A DNA stretch of 61,640 nt from a virus. Lineage: Duplodnaviria > Caudoviricetes. Below are positions 57,814-61,640 of the stretch, piece after piece. The notes below the pieces were generated by a model, which made no database searches, was not told where the DNA came from, and worked only from the letters and a program-made list of their open reading frames with translations. The DNA is taken from positions 1-61,640 of the IMG/VR virus record IMGVR_UViG_3300045747_000506, one strand, 5' to 3'. Position 1 is the first letter of the stretch; each line of letters starts with the position of its first letter. Made by a program: the position numbers and the translations under genes.

Positions 57814-58037
57814 AACCTTTCTCACCTTACGTATTTAAAGCTAGAAACCCTAGTCGTGGCTATTTGATGATAACAGATGACGGACTACCCTTTTATGAGA
57901 TGGAACTAAATGAAGACCACATAGCTTTTGCAGCAGCTAGGGCAATTATGTTGATCGATGCTAACTCAATGACAATATATGACTACCTAACAGGAGAATG
58001 GCAGCCTCTAATGAAGCTGTCAGAGATCACAAGATGA
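57810..58037 (+). CDS. Hypothetical protein
   Basis: ATGA overlap with HNH. Confidence 0.55.
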   Translation: MKPFSPYVFKARNPSRGYLMITDDGLPFYEMELNEDHIAFAAARAIMLIDANSMTIYDYLTGEWQPLMKLSEITR

Positions 58038-58232
58038 TAAGTAAAAGAGCAATATTTAAGGAGTATCTAAGGTCTTTAAATATTATATTATTCGCAGTTT
58101 TATTCTTATTTTTATTTTTCTGGGTATTAGGATTTTTTGAATAAAATAGCTAGAAATTTGCAACTTCCTAGCTACCATATTTATCAAAATCTTCCTTGAC
58201 GTTGATATAATCAACTTGCAGGAGAAATGTAA

Positions 58233-58619
58233 TTATTTAATTTTACCTTTAGTAGCAATAAGAAAACTAGAAATTTCTTTAGAAATTATCTGTAATTTTT
58301 CTTTCATTTCTTTAGAGCATCTATTACCCAATAATACGCAAGCTTGCTCAATAGCAGTTTTCTGGGCCATGAAGTCAGATAGTGGCTGGCAAATAGCTCC
58401 TCCTCTAATCTTATCAGGCTCTAAAAAAGCAACAAATTCCTCGAAGGTCATTGAGGTCCTTTGATGACTATAGAAAGTTGTACAGTCGGCCCCTGCACTC
58501 ATTAATCCAGCTACCGTACACATTTTAGAATCAGGTATTACTACCGATCCGCAAGATGAGAGGATCACCAGAAGACTCGACAGCAGAATAAAATTTCTTT
58601 TTTTCAATTTCGTGAGCAT
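58233..58619 (-). CDS. Lipoprotein, putative o-spanin (Rz1-like)
   Basis: MLTKLKKRNFILLSSLLVILSSC signal and lipobox; overlaps 3' end of the upstream gene; in lysis cassette. Confidence 0.6.
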   Translation of the reverse strand: MLTKLKKRNFILLSSLLVILSSCGSVVIPDSKMCTVAGLMSAGADCTTFYSHQRTSMTFEEFVAFLEPDKIRGGAICQPLSDFMAQKTAIEQACVLLGNRCSKEMKEKLQIISKEISSFLIATKGKIK

Positions 58620-58914
58620 CTTTAAACTCCTTGGAGTTAATACCCGACTCAATGGCCACAATTTTTAGTTTAACCATAGAGGTATCAAGGGCCTTTTGGT
58701 GGGAATCATTTACCAATTTAATAGTCTCAAGCTTAACCTGTTTAATAAACAGTTCATAAAACTTATCCAAAACTGGAATTAAAATTTTAAAAGCGATAAC
58801 CGAAATTGGGCCTGTTGTAGAAATCGCTAAAGAAGTTAAAAAGCTATTAATAACCTCTTTAGCCGTTAAGTCCCATACAAATTTTTTAAATACACTTGAT
58901 AGGTAAATTTCCAT
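58531..58914 (-). CDS. Lysis-cassette protein, possible i-spanin
   Basis: Overlaps lipoprotein gene; only weak hydrophobic segment. Confidence 0.4.
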   Translation of the reverse strand: MEIYLSSVFKKFVWDLTAKEVINSFLTSLAISTTGPISVIAFKILIPVLDKFYELFIKQVKLETIKLVNDSHQKALDTSMVKLKIVAIESGINSKEFKDAHEIEKKKFYSAVESSGDPLILRIGSNT

Positions 58915-59129
58915 TAAGCAGCTTTAAATTTTGCAATAAACTCTGCAATTAATTTTTCTAACTCCACTTTTAAAGGAGGTAAAACCATAGCCGCAATTGC
59001 GTCATCAACTGGATTTTTTGTATCAGCAACTACTTTTTGTAAAGCAGGTACTAGTAAATTTTCAATAGCTACTACTGGCAATTCTTCAACTTTTGATTCA
59101 AGAATTTGTTTTTTAAGTTCTGGTGTCAT
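58914..59129 (-). CDS. Small lysis-cassette protein
   Basis: V.DTKNPVDD motif; GGAG RBS. Confidence 0.6.
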   Translation of the reverse strand: MTPELKKQILESKVEELPVVAIENLLVPALQKVVADTKNPVDDAIAAMVLPPLKVELEKLIAEFIAKFKAA

Positions 59130-59131
59130 AC

Positions 59132-59293
59132 CTACTCCCTTTTAAATATGGCCTTTAACATCTTTGTTAGGCCGTTTAATATAAGTTCTAATATTGAATT
59201 TGATTTTACTTTATCTGTTTTACCAAGGAAGAATTCCAATAAAGCACAAGTTACTCCCTGAGCGATGAATACCAGCATAGTATTTTTATCCAT
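59132..59293 (-). CDS. 53-aa holin-like membrane protein (not in ORF track)
   Basis: MDKNTMLVFIAQGVTCALLEFFLGKTDKVKSNSILELILNGLTKMLKAIFKRE; fills the gap exactly. Confidence 0.6.
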   Translation of the reverse strand: MDKNTMLVFIAQGVTCALLEFFLGKTDKVKSNSILELILNGLTKMLKAIFKRE

Positions 59294-59295
59294 AC

Positions 59296-59739
59296 TTACC
59301 CCTTTTTTAGTATTACCAAATTGTCTTTATTTTCTTTAGCTTCTTGCTCTCTTTTTTCGTACATAGCTTTTACACTCTGATGTACTAGACTAATTGCCTG
59401 TTTTAAATTTCCTATGTCGTGGGTAATTTTTTTAAGATCTGTTTGATCTATTTTAATAGTCATATTTTTTCTCAGATCGTAAAGTTCTTCATTTGTTTTA
59501 ACTTGAATTGCAATAATTCTTTGAGAGGATTCGTTGAGACTAGAAACCATACGATCAAGTCGGTCGTTTAAATTTCTTTTCATTTCAGCGTTCATTTCTG
59601 CTTCTTTTCTAATGTGATCTTCTAGTAATTCTTTAGTTTTATCTCCAGCCTTCCATTTCTCATTAAAGAACAATTTTACTAAAAAATAAATTGCCCCTAA
59701 CAGTGCTGTAGCTACAGATCCTTGAAGAATCATTTCCAC
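59296..59739 (-). CDS. N-terminal TM plus coiled-coil protein (holin/spanin-like)
   Basis: Hydrophobic N-terminus then heptads; follows endolysin. Confidence 0.55.
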   Translation of the reverse strand: MEMILQGSVATALLGAIYFLVKLFFNEKWKAGDKTKELLEDHIRKEAEMNAEMKRNLNDRLDRMVSSLNESSQRIIAIQVKTNEELYDLRKNMTIKIDQTDLKKITHDIGNLKQAISLVHQSVKAMYEKREQEAKENKDNLVILKKG

Positions 59740-59749
59740 TAATTAACTC

Positions 59750-60151
59750 CTACGGTTTAAAAAAACGATGACCACTAGCTGGGGCCACAGATTGTATGTG
59801 TACCCAATTAGCTGTATTACTAAAATCTTCAAACCAAACTTCAATTTGTTCCATTAAGTGGATATTTTCTTTTACGTAATTTTGTAATTTATGGTCAGGG
59901 TCGTAAACGTCAATTGCTTGACATGTAAAATGTTTACTACCCATGTGCATTTTAGATTCATCTGTAATCCCTTTAGCACTATAAATTCTGATTTGATCTA
60001 ACCTATCTCTAAACCCAGAAGTTACATGCATAGGAAATCCAAAAGCATCTCTTATCTTATTTACTTTTATTAAGAGCTCTAATAAGTTTTCTTCTAACTC
60101 TTCTGGACACTCTTTACCTTTTAATATTTCTTCTCTAGAGATCATAGACAT
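59750..60151 (-). CDS. Endolysin, peptidase M15 family
   Basis: VTSGFR, SKHFTCQAID, WVHIQ zinc ligands. Confidence 0.9.
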   Translation of the reverse strand: MSMISREEILKGKECPEELEENLLELLIKVNKIRDAFGFPMHVTSGFRDRLDQIRIYSAKGITDESKMHMGSKHFTCQAIDVYDPDHKLQNYVKENIHLMEQIEVWFEDFSNTANWVHIQSVAPASGHRFFKP

Positions 60152-60821
60152 TTCCTCTCTTATCTAATTCTACAAAAATTGGAAAATCTTTATCTTCCCC
60201 ATAAAAGTAGTATCTAAGAATTGAGTTAATATATTTTTCACCATATTGTTTTTTCATTCTATAAACATAAAATTTTTTAAGTATTTTATTTATAAAAGTC
60301 TGTGGCATATTCACCATATCCAACCAATACAGAATTTTTGTCGATGTGTTGTTTGCTTCTTTCGATAAAGCGATTATTAGATTTATTACGTAGAAAGGTA
60401 AAAATAAATAAGCAAGCCATGAATCGCATAAGATTCCCCATGAATAGTAGTTAGCAGGATTAAAAGGTAGGTAGTCCATTAATTTTCCTGTATTGTTATA
60501 TGATCCGAAATGTGAAATCAAGTGATTCCAAATTATTTTTTTATGTTCAGTATTTAACAGGTAGCTAGAGTGTACCCATCCCGATATTTCATCTTGAGAA
60601 ACAGATCGCGTATCATTTCCAGAACGCCTATTGAATACGTCTCGTTTGCAGTTGTATTTTAGAATCATGTTATTGGTGAACATGTTGTGTAGTAAAAAGC
60701 TATCTACATCGGATATTGGTTTCTTTAGAGTTACTAGCTCCGAGTAGAATAAATTACAATTCTCAGAGTTAGGATCTTGTTTTGTAACTAAACCATATCC
60801 AGGTTTAAAATAGTTAAACAC
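60135..60821 (-). CDS. Hypothetical protein
   Basis: 228 aa, overlaps both neighbours; SQDE motif, hydrophobic stretch. Confidence 0.7.
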   Translation of the reverse strand: MFNYFKPGYGLVTKQDPNSENCNLFYSELVTLKKPISDVDSFLLHNMFTNNMILKYNCKRDVFNRRSGNDTRSVSQDEISGWVHSSYLLNTEHKKIIWNHLISHFGSYNNTGKLMDYLPFNPANYYSWGILCDSWLAYLFLPFYVINLIIALSKEANNTSTKILYWLDMVNMPQTFINKILKKFYVYRMKKQYGEKYINSILRYYFYGEDKDFPIFVELDKRGNVYDL

Positions 60822-61263
60822 TTAATATCCCCACAATTATATCTTTCATTTCTTGAGTTACTATTGTCCCATCTGCTGTAACTGAGTTTATTAGGGACAA
60901 TGCCGAAGTAGGTCTATTCATTTGTAGTTGAATTAATATAGGAGAAAATGTTGTAACCATAGAGTCTATTTGAGTAGCTGTTAAATTTGATTCGTTATAT
61001 CCTGCAATTACATCTAACACTTTTTGACACTTTTCTCTTGCAGCAGCTCCAACTGCCAATTTGTCTGCTATTAATTTTTCCTTAGTTTGTTTAGCTTGTA
61101 CAACTGGAATTAAAGCATCTAACTCTTCTTGAGTAGGGCAAGCTATATTAGTAAATCTCCAATCCTGAATTTGATTATTAACGATATTAATCGAGTCATT
61201 TTCTGTATCTCTTAAAGCTGTTTTATCTTTTAGGTATTCTTCAATTAAAAATGCGATATCCAT
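60814..61263 (-). CDS. Tail-fibre-associated protein (XkdW-like N-terminus)
   Basis: IQDW....CPTQEEL; directly after the fibre gene. Confidence 0.55.
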   Translation of the reverse strand: MDIAFLIEEYLKDKTALRDTENDSINIVNNQIQDWRFTNIACPTQEELDALIPVVQAKQTKEKLIADKLAVGAAAREKCQKVLDVIAGYNESNLTATQIDSMVTTFSPILIQLQMNRPTSALSLINSVTADGTIVTQEMKDIIVGILSV

Positions 61264-61273
61264 ATTTTATTCC

Positions 61274-61640
61274 TTATTTAATTTTAATTACTTGAATATT
61301 AGCATAAGTCTCATTAGACCCATCTCCGTAAGCAACTCCAAAAACTCCAGAAGCCGAACCCATTATAGACATCATTTGGAATGTTTTTGTTCCAGTAATT
61401 GTAAATTCATCGGCAAAAGAATCCGCACATCCAATACCAGGAGTTATTCTAACCGCTTCTCCAGTAACAACATCAATACCATCAGTAGTATTTCTTATTT
61501 TGTGTTTTACTATTACTGTAGCAGACCCATTGTATCCAGCAGCTCTAGCTATTATTTTATAAGTTCCAGCACCTAATTGGAAATCAGTATTAGTTCCTCC
61601 TGTACCAGTAAAAGCACTAGGATTTAAAACTATTCCTGTA
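61274..61640 (-). CDS. Giant tail fibre, 3' end (TAA at 61274-61276)
   Basis: ...GCADSFADEFTITGTKTFQ...ETYANIQVIKIK*; in frame with 1..5502. Confidence 0.88.
   Translation of the reverse strand, partial: TGIVLNPSAFTGTGGTNTDFQLGAGTYKIIARAAGYNGSATVIVKHKIRNTTDGIDVVTGEAVRITPGIGCADSFADEFTITGTKTFQMMSIMGSASGVFGVAYGDGSNETYANIQVIKIK
61415..61640. repeat. Terminal direct repeat, right copy
   Basis: Matches 1-226 with one mismatch. Confidence 0.95.

Noticed and set aside
58620-58661. ORF-track start of the lipoprotein (MWPLSR...)
   Set aside because: ATG at 58619 gives a canonical signal peptide and lipobox with a GGAG RBS
61415-61640. Biological direct terminal repeat
   Set aside because: It falls inside the fibre CDS and rejoins in frame, so it is best explained as an assembly overlap

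Overview
This window is an essentially complete, circularly assembled, AT-rich temperate tailed-phage (siphovirus) genome of about 61.4 kb. Bases 1-226 repeat at 61415-61640, and the break falls inside a ~1880-aa multi-domain tail-fibre gene that the ORF track missed. The minus strand carries most modules: PolA/SSB/exonuclease/SNF2 replication genes, a tyrosine integrase with an intact attP-like site, an SF3-like helicase beside an origin-like element, TerS-LysR-HTH-C5 methyltransferase-TerL, ClpP protease, HK97 capsid, a displaced portal, a 7-kb head/neck appendage cluster, a lambda-like non-contractile tail (G/T frameshift, TMP, Dit, hub, NlpC/P60, TipJ) and lysis genes. The plus strand carries a CI-like repressor and a compositionally distinct early operon (MoxR AAA plus metallopeptidase-VWA, 38.9-44.0 kb). 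Highlights: (i) a C5 methyltransferase whose motif IX is encoded in an overlapping +1 frame (M.EcoHK31I-like two-subunit enzyme) inside the packaging operon; (ii) strong GGCC over-representation peaking in the early island; (iii) that island is bounded by two GC-rich cos-like sites and an 11-bp-phased GGTGG array, suggesting a first-ejected segment with an injection-stop-like element; (iv) two stand-alone response-regulator receiver domains. All calls are from motif recognition by eye; no database searches were run and the host is not established.
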